This document shows, piece after piece, positions 1 through 11,778 of a stretch of DNA of 64,000 bases. The stretch covers positions 122,315,052 through 122,379,051 of the forward strand of contig NC_068985.1 of the NCBI RefSeq assembly GCF_001194135.2. Reading direction: 5' to 3'. The translations under genes were made by a program, and so were the position numbers. Origin of the DNA: Octopus bimaculoides (lineage: Eukaryota). Each line of letters begins with the position of its first letter. The stretch's first letter is position 1. The notes under the pieces were generated by a model. The model saw only the letters and a program-made list of their open reading frames with translations, was not told the DNA's origin and ran no database searches.

Positions 1-62
1 TTGGGTCTGTATGTATGCATGTATATATGTATGTATGTGTGTATGTATATATGTATGTATGT

Positions 63-395
63 ATGTTTAGCTAAAGGAGAACAATCTCCACGTAAACCAA
101 AAAAGAGGTATAAAGACATTCTGAAGGCTTCCTTAAGAGATGCTAGCATCTCTCCTGACACATGGGAGGGCATAACTATTGACCGTAGCAGGTGGAGAAG
201 GATTGTGTACGAGGGGACAGCTACTTTTGAGAAATCTCGAGTTGATCATAAGGAGGGATGTCAGGAAGGGCATCGCTGTTGCACTTCCAGATGGTAAGGG
301 TCTTCCTATGATGCTGACATGCAGTGTCTGTGCAAGACCTTGCCTCAGTAAAACTGTACTCAAAAGTCATCTTTGTAGTCATAAAGCGACACCGA
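63..395 (+). mobile_element. RTE-clade LINE 3' fragment
   Basis: Translation G.QSPRKPKKRYKDILKASL...WEGITIDRSRWRRIVYEG followed by a frameshifted CSVCARPCLSKTVLKSH Cys/His motif, typical of the RTE ORF C-terminus. Confidence 0.75.
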
Positions 396-970
396 TGATT
401 GACAACCAGGTTGCTGGTGGTGGTACTACACACCATACTAATCATATCTGTCAGGCATATGGAAGGGAGTGTGATTTAGCAGGAGAGCTTAAATGACATG
501 CAAAGGTACATGAAGCCTAGTTACAACTACAGCCGGCTATTGTCGGTAAAGGTTTTAACTGCTAATTCTGTACAAGACATTGTAGATCTTTGGCTGGGCT
601 AAAAAGTCACGTTCAATCACAGCACTGATAACAGTTAAGCCTTGTGCAATGGCCTTACTTGATAACAAGGGGACAGCCATCATCATGTATGTATGTATAT
701 GTGTGCGTGTGCGTGCATATGTATGTATGTATGTATGTATACACTGATTTTGTACAGTTTCCATCAACTAAATTCAGTCACGAGGTATTGTTCAGCCTAA
801 GCTGCTGTAAAAGACCCTTGTTCAGGTTGCTGCGTAAAGGGACTGAGTCTGAAACCACACAATTGAGAAAAGAAACTATGCAACTATGTCTGCATGTATG
901 ATAAAATTATGAATACAAAATTAAACACAAAAATGAGTAAAAAATGCATACAATTAACTTATGTCTTATA

Positions 971-1363
971 TCTTTTACTTGTTTCTCTCATTGAACTGTG
1001 GCTATATTGGGGCACCATCTTGAATGGTTTTAGTTGAACAAATCAACCTCTGTACTCTTTTTTTTTAAGTGTGCTTATTTTATTGATTTCTTTTATCAAA
1101 TCACTATGTTACAGGAGCCTAAACAAATCAATACTGGTTCTCAAGTGGTGCAGGGAAACAAACATAGACACAAATTTGCACACACACACACATGTATATA
1201 AATATATATGATGAGCTTCTGCACAAATTACATATTGACTCACATGACATTAGTCTATCCAGGGCTATAAAAGAAGACACTTGCTCAAGGTGCTGCACAG
1301 TGGAACTGACCCTGAAACCATGAGGTTACAAAACAAGCTTCTTAACCACACAGTCATGCTTGT
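971..1363 (-). mobile_element. tRNA-derived CORE-type SINE with internal (CA)n
   Basis: Minus-strand head gtggttaagaagcttg and CORE-like caccttgagcaagtgtcttc. Homologous to the copies at 10022 and 58108. Confidence 0.75.
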
Positions 1364-2114
1364 TTCTCACAAGACATCTTGTGATTGCATATGAAACTTT
1401 GGTGTTCCAGACGAGCCCGGTTGGGAAATGCTGGTGTAATGATTACTACATACATTACTTCTGCTTAAGGAGCCTATTTTCAATGATCTAATCCTTTCAC
1501 TATCTATAATAGCCAATAATAGTTGTCTAATGAATATCACATATGTCTGTATTAACAGTAGAACCTGTTGTCAATGTATTAAATCTTTTAACACTGCAGT
1601 CACGGACCACACATAATGACAGTTGTAATGATGTATTATGAATGTGTATACCTTAGTGATAAAAGTTTTTCAAATAAACAGTCTCTGATAGTCAATTTGC
1701 GGTCCTACTGTATCATTTTACTGGCACTTCATGATCTCTCTAGCAAAGTTATTTATCTATCACCAGTCAATTTTGTCTGTAAAAAAATAATGTACAACCA
1801 TCATGCTATAACTGATGAGTGTTAGGTATTCTGTTGGCTTTCAAAACTGTGCCCATTCCTGCTCATTAGCTGTTAGAGACCATTATTGTTAAACTGGTTG
1901 TCTTGCTGCCTGGCAACTGGAGAAGCAACTCCATGCTGTTAGAAAGAAAACTTTGGAGAGCGTTGGACACATAGACCAGCTAAATTGCTCAGAGGTCTGG
2001 TTGTTATTGGAACACTGCAGTATTTGTTTTGGTTCTTTACAATCTGAGTGCAACACCTATTGCGGTCAACTTCGCTTTTCATCCCTCTGAGGTAGATAAA
2101 ATAAAGTACAAGTT

Positions 2115-2445
2115 GAGGATCTATTTTAAAACGGGGGCGCCAGTATTTTCTTAACGAAACACTTTGAAACTTGGGACACTGGTAGAATGTGTCATATAAA
2201 ACATCTTTTACTCTTAGTCTTCTTAACAAAAAAAAGGAATTCGCAAGTTATTCCATGTTAAAGTTGTCGTATTTCTGTAATTTCAACCAATCACTGACGT
2301 CTATTCAGCTGAATAGAGTTACTGCTGGGCGGTCATAAAAATGTTATTCCCTGTGACATATTTCATCCGGTTTAATCGTAATTTATACGCATATATTGTT
2401 TATATAATAAATTACGCTGTGCGTATCTATGTGTGTAACAATTTT
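2115..2445. mobile_element. Left arm of a long-TIR non-autonomous DNA element, truncated by a gap
   Basis: Near-identical to 14485-14803 and runs into the N-gap at 2446. Confidence 0.75.
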
Positions 2446-3129
2446 NNNNNNNNNNNNNNNNNNNNNNNNNNNNNNNNNNNNNNNNNNNNNNNNNNNNNNN
2501 NNNNNNNNNNNNNNNNNNNNNNNNNNNNNNNNNNNNNNNNNNNNNNNNNNNNNNNNNNNNNNNNNNNNNNNNNNNNNNNNNNNNNNNNNNNNNNNNNNNN
2601 NNNNNNNNNNNNNNNNNNNNNNNNNNNNNNNNNNNNNNNNNNNNNNNNNNNNNNNNNNNNNNNNNNNNNNNNNNNNNNNNNNNNNNNNNNNNNNCAGAAA
2701 TCATTATCACCACCCCCACCATCACCGCCGTCATTGTCATCTTCGGAAGCAGCAGCAGCAATATCATCGTTACCCATGTCGTCGTCGTCGTCACCACTGT
2801 CAGTCTCCTCTCGTAGTCCACAGCAGTCCTATAGCAGCCTCACGTGTTAGCCCAACTACCAACAACAGCAGCAGCAGTAACAACAACAGTAACTCCACCA
2901 CCGTTGTTGATTAGCAATGAATGTGACAGCAGAACCGCTGATGCCAATCCCTCTGAGGCGCACGTACAACAAGAGCAACAAAACTAACGTCGTCGCCAGC
3001 AACTATAACAACAATGAGAAAAACAAGAGCAAATAACAACACTGAGAACAGCAACGTTATTTTCACACGCAACCCAAATTTGAGTTGAGTTGGCAACTGA
3101 CGACAACAAGGATTTCACGTAGAGATTAT

Positions 3130-6100
3130 GGACACTGTTAAGACAAGCTTGGCCTGATAAAAGGAAGAGAAATAAAAAGTGAGCTTTCTTATATAGGGGC
3201 ATAAACCGGGAAAGCAGGGAAAGCGATCTCCCTAATCTAGCAAAGCGGGGAAATGGAAGCAGGACATGACGTGTGAGCATCAGTATGGCATACGGGAAGG
3301 AATGACTATATGACGCGGTGGTAGGACACTGCTTCAATGAATAAGAAGTAATAAAAACAGCCAGACATAGGCGGGCCTCTAAGGACAATCTAACTTTAAG
3401 GAAGCAAGAAAATAAGGTGGGTGGAACGAAGTAACGTGCCACCAAAAAGTAGTATAAAATAGTTTACAATGTCCTTGGAAGTGAATAAGGAAATAATTAA
3501 TATGAGAGCAAACTCATAAAAATTGTTGAGAAAGAAAAGTAGAAGTACTGATGCTGCCTACCCCATTCGCCCGGAGAATGGAGAGTTAATAAGAGTTAGG
3601 GTAGATTGTAGGAGAGCTTAGTGTTACATTTGTGGTAGCACCAATCACCAGAGAGCTTTCTGTCGTCTGCGAAAATGAACGAAAACCATCTTGCTGTCGA
3701 GGCCATAAGTGCAAGAACGGCAGGAACACATAGGCATAAGTGACACAAATGCACCCTCGATGTCTCGTCAAATGGCGAAGAGAGAAAAGAGGTTCCCAAA
3801 TAGTGTCAAATTGTTAACAGAGAGACTTGTAGTGACGTCATTTGGCGCCAAGGTACAGTCACCATTGCTGCGTTTTTATCCACGCATGCGTGGAGTTCAA
3901 CATCTAAGCGTTCCCGCTTTTTTCATTCTCTTTTCTCGCCAGCCTACAAAGAGGCAACACAGGTCCTACAGAGCTCTCTCATTGAGCGTGGTCGTACCAA
4001 GCTGTCTCTCCAACAATCCAACTCTGGGGACAGCTCCCAACAACATTCCGGCGTCTCAGCAACCAGTTTAAGGCTGCCTATTTCCTCCATAAATAAATAT
4101 TGTTGTGTTGATAGTTCAGAGTTCTGCGTTTCGTTGTTATTCCGAATTTAATATAGGAAAGCAGGTGTACACCTAATGGTGTATAACCACTTTCCTAAAG
4201 ACTAAAAAGAAGAAAAAAAACCCCAAAGATTGTACCAAAAATCCACAAATCCGTTACCCTCCGGCACAATCACCAAGATAACTTCAAAAGACAAACCCAC
4301 CACCACAACAACACCCAAACACACCAACAAAAAGAGCAACATCGACGAGGACTACGACAACAACAATAGCAACAGGAAAATATACAAACATAACGGCAAC
4401 AACAAATACTCAAAGAAACAACAAACACAGACAAATACACAAAGAAAACTTCATTAACTTCACCGCTCTAATTAAAAACGATAGTCGACAGAGTACATAT
4501 CAAAACGATACAAAGACGAAATAGCAACAAAAGTGGAGAATCGAAGAAATTCATTTCCCAAACACACAAAGACGAAATATTGATAAAAACGTTAGCAGAT
4601 ATATACATGACACTCAAATCCTCACTATTCCCGAAACTCTGGGGATTTTCAGGAAAATAGTGCATCAGAATCTATTAGAGAAGCCTTTGAAGAATCACCA
4701 TCCCAAAGAGGAAACTACAGTACTGGCCCTTTAGAGATGAGTGGCCTCTCAGTCTATTATTTCTCCGACAGACAGCTACATTTAAAGTAACGTATGAATG
4801 TGTATTGTCTGGTGTCAGCTTTGCAGCAAAGTCACTTGCTCCACGACATCAGATCACTACAAAAGATGTAGATATTAGCGAGACTAGAATTTCTGGAGCA
4901 CACACACATTCTTAACCATTTTTAGCGACTACGAATTGTACTCATTTTGTAGTTTGTCTCGATCGGGTAGTGGATTGGCAGTGATATTCAGGAAAGGATT
5001 GGAATTAGTGTTAACAGACAACATTCTTCGATCTGAATTGGTGGTTCTGAATGTGAACGACAGCAAGAGCAGTGCCTCAAACTTGTAGCGTTTTTACCTA
5101 AATTGGGACAGGATAACCGGATTTCTTCAGGCGTCTAGAAACATTGGTAACACCCCACTCTTTAGTACTAGTTGAGGATTGGAGTTGTATTTTAGATACA
5201 CGGTGGGATCGTGTGGGTGTGAAAGCCTCGAAAAGCTGCCCAGACATTTCCGACGGTTGGATAGGTGCCGATAGGATTTCCCTAATGTGCCAGTGTTGAC
5301 ATGGAACAACCACATCAGGTAATCCAAACTATATCTAGATAGAGTTTTCGTTCGCTTAGCGAATAAAGATAGTGTTGGATGTCCTCAATTTAAACTGGTC
5401 GGGTACACAAACCACAAATTTGCGTTCTGCACGGTCGATTTAGATAGGACCTACCCAAAACAACGATCTGATTACTGGAAGCTGAATGCGACTTCTCCGA
5501 GGCATAAAGACTACAGGGACCGGATTAGCAAGCTAGTTAAGCGATAACTGTTGGGGGGGAAGATTATCAACAACCGAGAATGGTGCGCCCTATGAAGGGC
5601 GATTAGATCAACATCGATAGTGATTAGTAAAGATTGAGCGATAGAAAGAAATAAAGTAGAGGGAGAGTTAATTAACAAAGTGAAAAAAAAAAACATTAAG
5701 AAAGGTGTCGCAATCAGCATGCTAGTGGCGAGAATAGCCATTGAAAATTTATTTAATGCAAAGTAGAAGACAGCACTAAAATATAAGGGAATGAAAACCG
5801 TTCGATGGATTTGAGTGGAAGAGGCGCAACGTGGCAACAAAGTCAAGATTCGGTTATAAACGGATTGGTACGAGCACGTACTACAAGGTAATGTATGGCT
5901 TTCTAGTTACACTTTGATGACTGTTGGAGGCGAACGATGGCTTACACCAGTCGTAAACTTTTAAGTCCAATTCAATGGTCTGTTGTAGATCTCAGTGGAA
6001 GATGCAGGATCTGTGAAAGACCGATAACAGCAGCTGAAATAGGTGATGCGGTGATCAGCCGCGCGAGGGACAAATAACTCAGTTCAGAAGGTCTGCTTTA

Positions 6101-7620
6101 CAAACTTTATGATTATGGGCGACCTCTTGACAGGCATCTTCTGCAACTGGAAGCAGAACGGGAGAATTTCCAGTTTTCTGAGTAGGAGCGCGGTAGCAAT
6201 GTTGAAAAAGGACTCTAACAAGAAGATTTTGTAGATATTTTCCGGCCCATAATTCTGCTCACTGCAGAATCTAGGATTTTGTACAAGTGGTTGAGTCCGT
6301 TGTCAGTGATCGGAGAAGCACAAACGCGCGTGATCCTGGACACACTTATCCGCAGCTTCCATCTCTTGTGTTACAGTAGGCTCTGATCAATTTGGATCAG
6401 TTGAAAGTTTTCGACAGGACCGATCATCGTTACTGGACAGCCGTCCTGAAGAGGTCGGTTTTAGATCTGTTTTCAGAGGTTGGATTGCAGCAATGCACAG
6501 TAGGATATGCTTAGTGGCTAGAGTGAATGGTCATTTCGCGGAACCGTTTCGAATCGAGTGTTCATTTCGCTAGAGGTGTACACTCTCGTTTCTTCTATAC
6601 CATCTACTTCTCCAGCTGCAGAAGCTAGAACTGTTGAGGAGCACCCTTTCGAGCTGGAATACGGGAGATCCGTGTCAACACATATGTGCACCTCAAAAAT
6701 AGTCGCCACCATTCTAAATGCATGTGATGTGGTGACAATTGCAATGATAAATCCGAACAAGTTTCTCAGATTGCAACTCGGCATTTTGTGAGGGAAGTAT
6801 ATACTATTGGACAGCGCCGTGAATCACTGGACAGACAGACTGACAAATGATTTAGATTTCTTGCGGTCTAACATGTCACCTCATCCCAGAAATGAGTCAG
6901 GAGAAAGCTATCTCTGAAAGCTGAAGTAGGACATGAATGCAAACATCGCCTACGTCAAAGTTTACTGCCTGACCGTCGTACCTTGTCCCAGTTTCGGTCT
7001 AACTAGGTCGGAGTGTATGTTCTGCAAGACGCGCTCGGCACGGCAGACACTAGGCTGTGCTACCAGCAGAAATTTACGGACGATGATCGAGTGTGATCTC
7101 CATTTGTAAGACACATTTTCCCGTGGTTCGTCTCTTTGATGGAGCTGCATTACTTGGTGTCGATGAAAAGGAACTGGCTGGTCTGTTCTATAGGGCTTTC
7201 TGATAGGGAACTACAATGGTAAAATATCAGAAAGTTTTAACTTGGCAGTGCTATCGAGAGAGTATTACAGAACTGTTTGTAATGAAAGTAGAGCGCCGGA
7301 ACCGTTTTGTACACTTTCGTTCAATGTTTGATTGATGTGGAATTAGGTCGAACAGTTGTTGCCGCGTGTTGCATCGATCTGGCTATCGACCGAATCCATC
7401 GTGAAATTGCCTCGTTGCCCACCCTACGTCTAACTGGGTAGAACAGGTAGCTTCCTGGTGGCAATGGTGAAAGAGATTGTGTGGTGGACTTTTCTGAAAC
7501 AAACAATTTCCTCACCAGTAAAGCCCTTAGCATCTTTTTAAAGTTTCACATGGAAAAAAGAATTGACGATACTGGGTATAAATACCTGGTTATGTCGGAA
7601 GTGAATGAAGTGGTGGAAGA
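3130..7620 (+). mobile_element. Degenerate, near full-length Tx1/L1-clade LINE
   Basis: ORF1 zinc knuckle CYICGSTNHQRAFC (3622-3663). APE motifs HLLHDIRSL, ISETR and FFRRLE..LVLVEDWSCILD (about 4830-5210). RT motifs FRPIILLT and ALINLDQLKVFDRTDH (about 6230-6430). Many stops and frameshifts; outer boundaries are approximate. Confidence 0.8.
3828..4199 (+). mobile_element. Solo LTR (372 bp) inserted in the Tx1 ORF1
   Basis: Starts TGTAGTG and ends TTCCTAAA (decayed TTCCTACA). Perfect 4-bp TSD GACT at 3824-27 and 4200-03, an internal AATAAA, and a 3' half homologous to the reverse complement of 21848-21960. Confidence 0.85.
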
Positions 7621-7689
7621 AGAAATGAAAAGGTTTTTGTAAGAGTATCTTCGAAGACAGACTGATACTGCGGTCAAAACTGAATTGAA

Positions 7690-9030
7690 GAAATAAGTTT
7701 CAAGGACTCAATACATAGGTGTTTGCATTAATAAGGTATAGTGCAGGTATTATCAATTGAAAGAAAGAGGAGTTATAGAGGCTAGACCAGAAATCTGGAA
7801 GTCTACTCACAATGCACGGGATTCCACCCCAAGAGCATTATTGACAGGTTATATCTAACCAGGCACACAAGTGGGCGAGAGTTAATCAGATGTGAAAACT
7901 GTATCTGTTCGCTTGGGTGATATGTCAAGAATACTGTAACGGTATAATATTATGATAATTGTTGGAGTCGGCAGTTAGCGATGATAACGGGTGTTGCTGT
8001 TGTAGATGTGCAAGATGAAAGAAGAACAGTGATCAAAGTTGATGTTGACTTCAAATTTATTTATTTACCGTTACTTAATATAATGCCATGCCTCGACGGG
8101 CTAGGTATGTGTAATAATATAAGTGGAAAAGCATACAAGGTTAACAGAGTTAATTTCTTGTATAAGTGTGTACACGTTTGTAATTCTAGCAGTAAGAAAG
8201 ACAGTGACAGAGTGATGTTGTAGAGAAAAGAAAGTGAGCTAGTAAAAGTGAGCTAGTAAAAGTGAGCTAGTGAAAGTGAGAGAGTGTGGGACCCAACTTC
8301 TACTTTGGTTAATTCTATAGTTGTCGTTCAGACAGTCAGCCATCTCTCTATCAGTTGCTCTCACTAACTGATTTTGCCTTACCAAATTCTAGTATTTATA
8401 ACTATCCAAAACTAGTTAGAAGGAGAGACATATTATTGAGAATAATGGATTTCGTTGGGGATACCTATTATCTTAATTCTAACTATTCATCGTCTAGAAG
8501 AGTCAGGTGGCAAAGACATAATTCAACTTGGTAGAGCCATATGCTAAATGCTGTCACTATTGTTTTTCTGTGAGAAAAGTGCTGTTGAACTGTTATGGAA
8601 AATTTGTCGATTCAGGTTCGAATCTACTCTATGCCTAAAAGAGGTCCGCTACAATACTATAGAACCTTTGCTGGTTCAGGTACGAATATCTGGTTTAGTG
8701 AGGACAGAGAGACAAAGAGTAAAGAAGAAAGAAAATGGAATTACGAGCAGTTTGGGAGAGAGTTGAGTAGGAATACAAACGCCGATAGAAGGTAACTAAG
8801 GAGGAGAGATTTGAAGGCAGAGACAGAAGTGCTTATCTGTGCAGCGCAGAAACAAGCACTTAGGACAGATTACACCAAATACAGCATTAGCAATACAATT
8901 GAAAGTGACAAGAGCAAAGTGTGCGGTGATAAAGGTGAGATTATATGATATATTGTGAATGAGTAAATGAAACTGGCCCATAAAAAATACAAAAGAAAAC
9001 ACGATAATATCGTAAGAATGATTCTATTCT
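7690..9030 (+). mobile_element. R4/Dong-clade (RLE-type) non-LTR fragment split by a solo LTR
   Basis: EEL*RLDQKSGSLLTMHG / FHPKSIIDRLYLTR...YVKNT|IEPLL and DLKAETEVLICAAQKQALRT...KRKHDNIVRMI. The reading frame is restored when 7935-8653 plus one TSD copy is removed. Confidence 0.8.
7935..8653. mobile_element. Solo LTR (719 bp), probably minus orientation
   Basis: Termini TGTAACGG...CCGCTACA with a perfect TSD ATAC (7931-34, 8654-57). Contains a 14-bp tandem repeat aaagtgagctagta at 8231-8280. Confidence 0.85.
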
Positions 9031-9229
9031 TTCCTTGTGGACGTAAGAGGATGCCGACTTATTGATGACACCACTTCACTCGCCGTCTCCGGAAAGGATT
9101 CTTCTTTCCCTGTTGTGAGCCCTTCTTTCTTCGTGGCTGCAGTTATTCGCTTCGTTTCTAGAGTTGGCTGATTTGTCATTTCATCCGTCGAATCCAGCCC
9201 ATTCCACGAGATATTTCATCACAACCAAG

Positions 9230-9960
9230 GGACCTCTAGTTTTTTCCCGACTGCGCCGTTTGTCTCCATAGAAACTCCCGATCACCCGGGCTGAATTCGA
9301 GCACCTTTAGACATGGCCAGGAAGAATGATGCTGATTTTCGACCGGTTGGAGATTTTAGACGATCACTATCACAGATCGCTAACCCCTACCACATGTGCA
9401 GGATTTTTCGTCTGCCCTGCACGGCTGTAAGAATTTTTTCTAAAATCGACTTGGTACGCACATCAACTCCGACGACATTTCAAAGACAGTCGTCACCACG
9501 CTTTTTGGAGCGTTTGAATTATTGTCTATGCCGTTTGGTCTTCGCAATGCAGCCAGCACGTTCCAAAGGTTCATTGATGTGGTCGTTCGTGGGTTAGATT
9601 TTGTCTTCGCATACGTCGATGACCTAATCGCCAGTGGTACTCCAGACCAGCACCTCCAACACTTAACCCAACTGTTCAAGTGCCTACGTTCCTATGATGT
9701 GAAGTTCAATCCAGCTAAGCGTGTATTCGGCTCTGCCAGCTTGGAATTCTTGGGGCATCTCATTGACGCCGACGGTGTTCATCTGCTTCCCTCTAAAGTG
9801 GAAGCCATCAAACGCTTGTCTCCTCCTGGTTCCTTAAAACAGCTCAGGAATTTTATTGGTTTGATTAATTATTGTTGTTGTTTCATTCCTAACTGTGCGG
9901 AGACGTTGCTTCTCTTGACCCAGTTCTTGAAAGAGTCACTAAACTATTTCAGTCACTAAA
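9230..9960 (+). mobile_element. Gypsy/Ty3 reverse transcriptase remnant
   Basis: MPFGLRNAASTFQRFID...FAYVDDLI...FLGH...LRNFIGLINY. Truncated at a 17-bp triplication (agtcactaaac at 9934, 9951, 9968). Confidence 0.9.
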
Positions 9961-10021
9961 CTGTTTCAGTCACTAAACTGTGTGAATGCTGGGACATCGC
10001 CTCTTGAAGAATTTCTTTTTT

Positions 10022-10352
10022 TATTTAGTTGAATGAATCGACCCAGAGTACTTATTTCTTTAAAGACTGGTACTAACTCCATCTATCGCTTTTGCCGAGC
10101 CACAAAGTTAGGGGACGTAAACACACCAACACTAGTTGTCAAGCGGTGGTGGTGTACGCGCGCGCGCACGCACACACACATACATACACACACAGCTATA
10201 TACGACAAGCTTCTTTCAGTTTCAGTCTACCAGATCCACTCACAAGGCTTTGGTCAGCTCGAGGCTATAATAGAAGATACTTGCCCAAGGTGCCACACAG
10301 TGGGACTGAACCCGAAACCTTGTGGCTGGGAAGCAAGCTTCTTACCACACAG
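10022..10352 (-). mobile_element. tRNA-derived CORE-type SINE
   Basis: Minus-strand head gctgtgtggtaagaagcttgcttccc...ggttcagtcccact, CORE-like caccttgggcaagtatcttc, and an internal microsatellite. Confidence 0.85.
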
Positions 10353-10564
10353 CATATATTCATGTATGCATGTATGTCTTTATTCAGTTTTATTTCAAAA
10401 TTTCTCGCCAATAGAGAAAGAGCCGGTTTCTAACCTAGATCCAAGCCTCCTTCATTGGAATTTCAACAAAATCAGCAGGGTATTTTTGTGTGTCTGTATA
10501 CGCGCAGATTTGTATATTTTGTTTTTTGTATTTTCATGAGTATAGCTACATATCTAGACATGCT

Positions 10565-11065
10565 CATAGACACTTAAATGATAAACTTCCAGTGATGGCT
10601 TGAATTTGTAGTCTTCGAATCAGCTTTCTCCTTTCTGGTTTTGAGAAGCTTAATTTCTCAAGATTAATATTTAAGCAGTGTGTTACATATCCCAGTGCCC
10701 CAATAATTACAGGTATAAACCTGAACTTGTAATCTGGATAGAGTAGCTGTGGATTCCTCAATAGTTCAACGTAGGTATTCTTTTTCGCGGATCTCTAGCA
10801 TTATGCTAATATCCGCTGGGTAGCTGATTTCCACAACTGTACATAGTTTCTCTTCTCTATCTCAAATCATTATGTCAAGTCAAATGTTTACATTTTATTG
10901 AGGTTTTCACTGGAACATTCCATCAGTACTCCTTTTTATTATGAGTGGCTATGACTTCTACTATACTGTGAGTTCTTATTTCTTTGTCCTTGGAGTTATC
11001 CTTCCGACGTATCTCATTATACAGTGTCCTAGCTACAACATCATGTCTCATCAGTCGACATGTAT
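10565..11065 (-). mobile_element. R4/Dong-clade restriction-like endonuclease domain remnant
   Basis: RHDVVARTLYNEI...VVEISYPAD...YPDYKFRFIPVIIGALG, matching the RHD motif and PD-(D/E)xK region of RLE-type LINEs, with stops and frameshifts. Confidence 0.8.
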
Positions 11066-11508
11066 GTATGTATGTAAGCAAAAGAGAATGGATTGACGGA
11101 TTTCTAGGTGTATCTTCAGTAATATGATCGGTTTATGCTATAATATCGTATAGGCCGATACCTGTAGATGGGCTATCTGAAGCTAACTACAAGGATTATA
11201 CCCAAATTAAATTTGTGTGTGTTTGTGTTTGTGTGTGTGTGTGCGTGTGTGTGTGTGTTGAACATCTATAATATAAATTTGACATGGGCGAGCGTTGTAT
11301 TCTTTCTTGTCTTGAGGTTCACAGCCAAACGGCTGAGTGAATTTGCGTGAAAAATGGTACACATGTGGAGACGGGTGCATGGATTGGAATGCAGTTTGTA
11401 TTTTTTTGTAGCCCCCCATAGATACCGAGAAAATCGATTAAAACAACCTGCGTGTGTGTGTGAGTGTGTGTCACTGAAGCCATTCGTACATACATACATA
11501 CATAACCA

Positions 11509-11620
11509 CTCTCTCTCTCTCTCTCTCTCTCTCATTCACTCACTACATAAACTGAATGAAAAATTTCAGTTATCTCTCTCTCTTTCTTTCTCTCTCTCTT
11601 TCTTTCTCTCTCTCTTTCTT

Positions 11621-11653
<33 letters not shown>

Positions 11654-11674
11654 TTCTCTCTCTCTCTCTTTCTT

Positions 11675-11717
<43 letters not shown>

Positions 11718-11778
11718 TTCTTTCTCTCTCTCTCTTTCTTTCTCTCTCTCTCTTTCTTTCTTTCTCTCTCTCTCTCTC
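11509..11778. repeat. Long (CT)n/(CTTT)n polypyrimidine tract
   Basis: Two blocks of almost pure C/T (11509-11532 and about 11572-11778), directly visible; source of the spurious RERERE/SLSL ORFs. Confidence 0.95.

Noticed and set aside
2695-3100. Ser/Gln/Asn-rich ORFs
   Set aside because: Degenerate trinucleotide low-complexity sequence, open in several frames on both strands.
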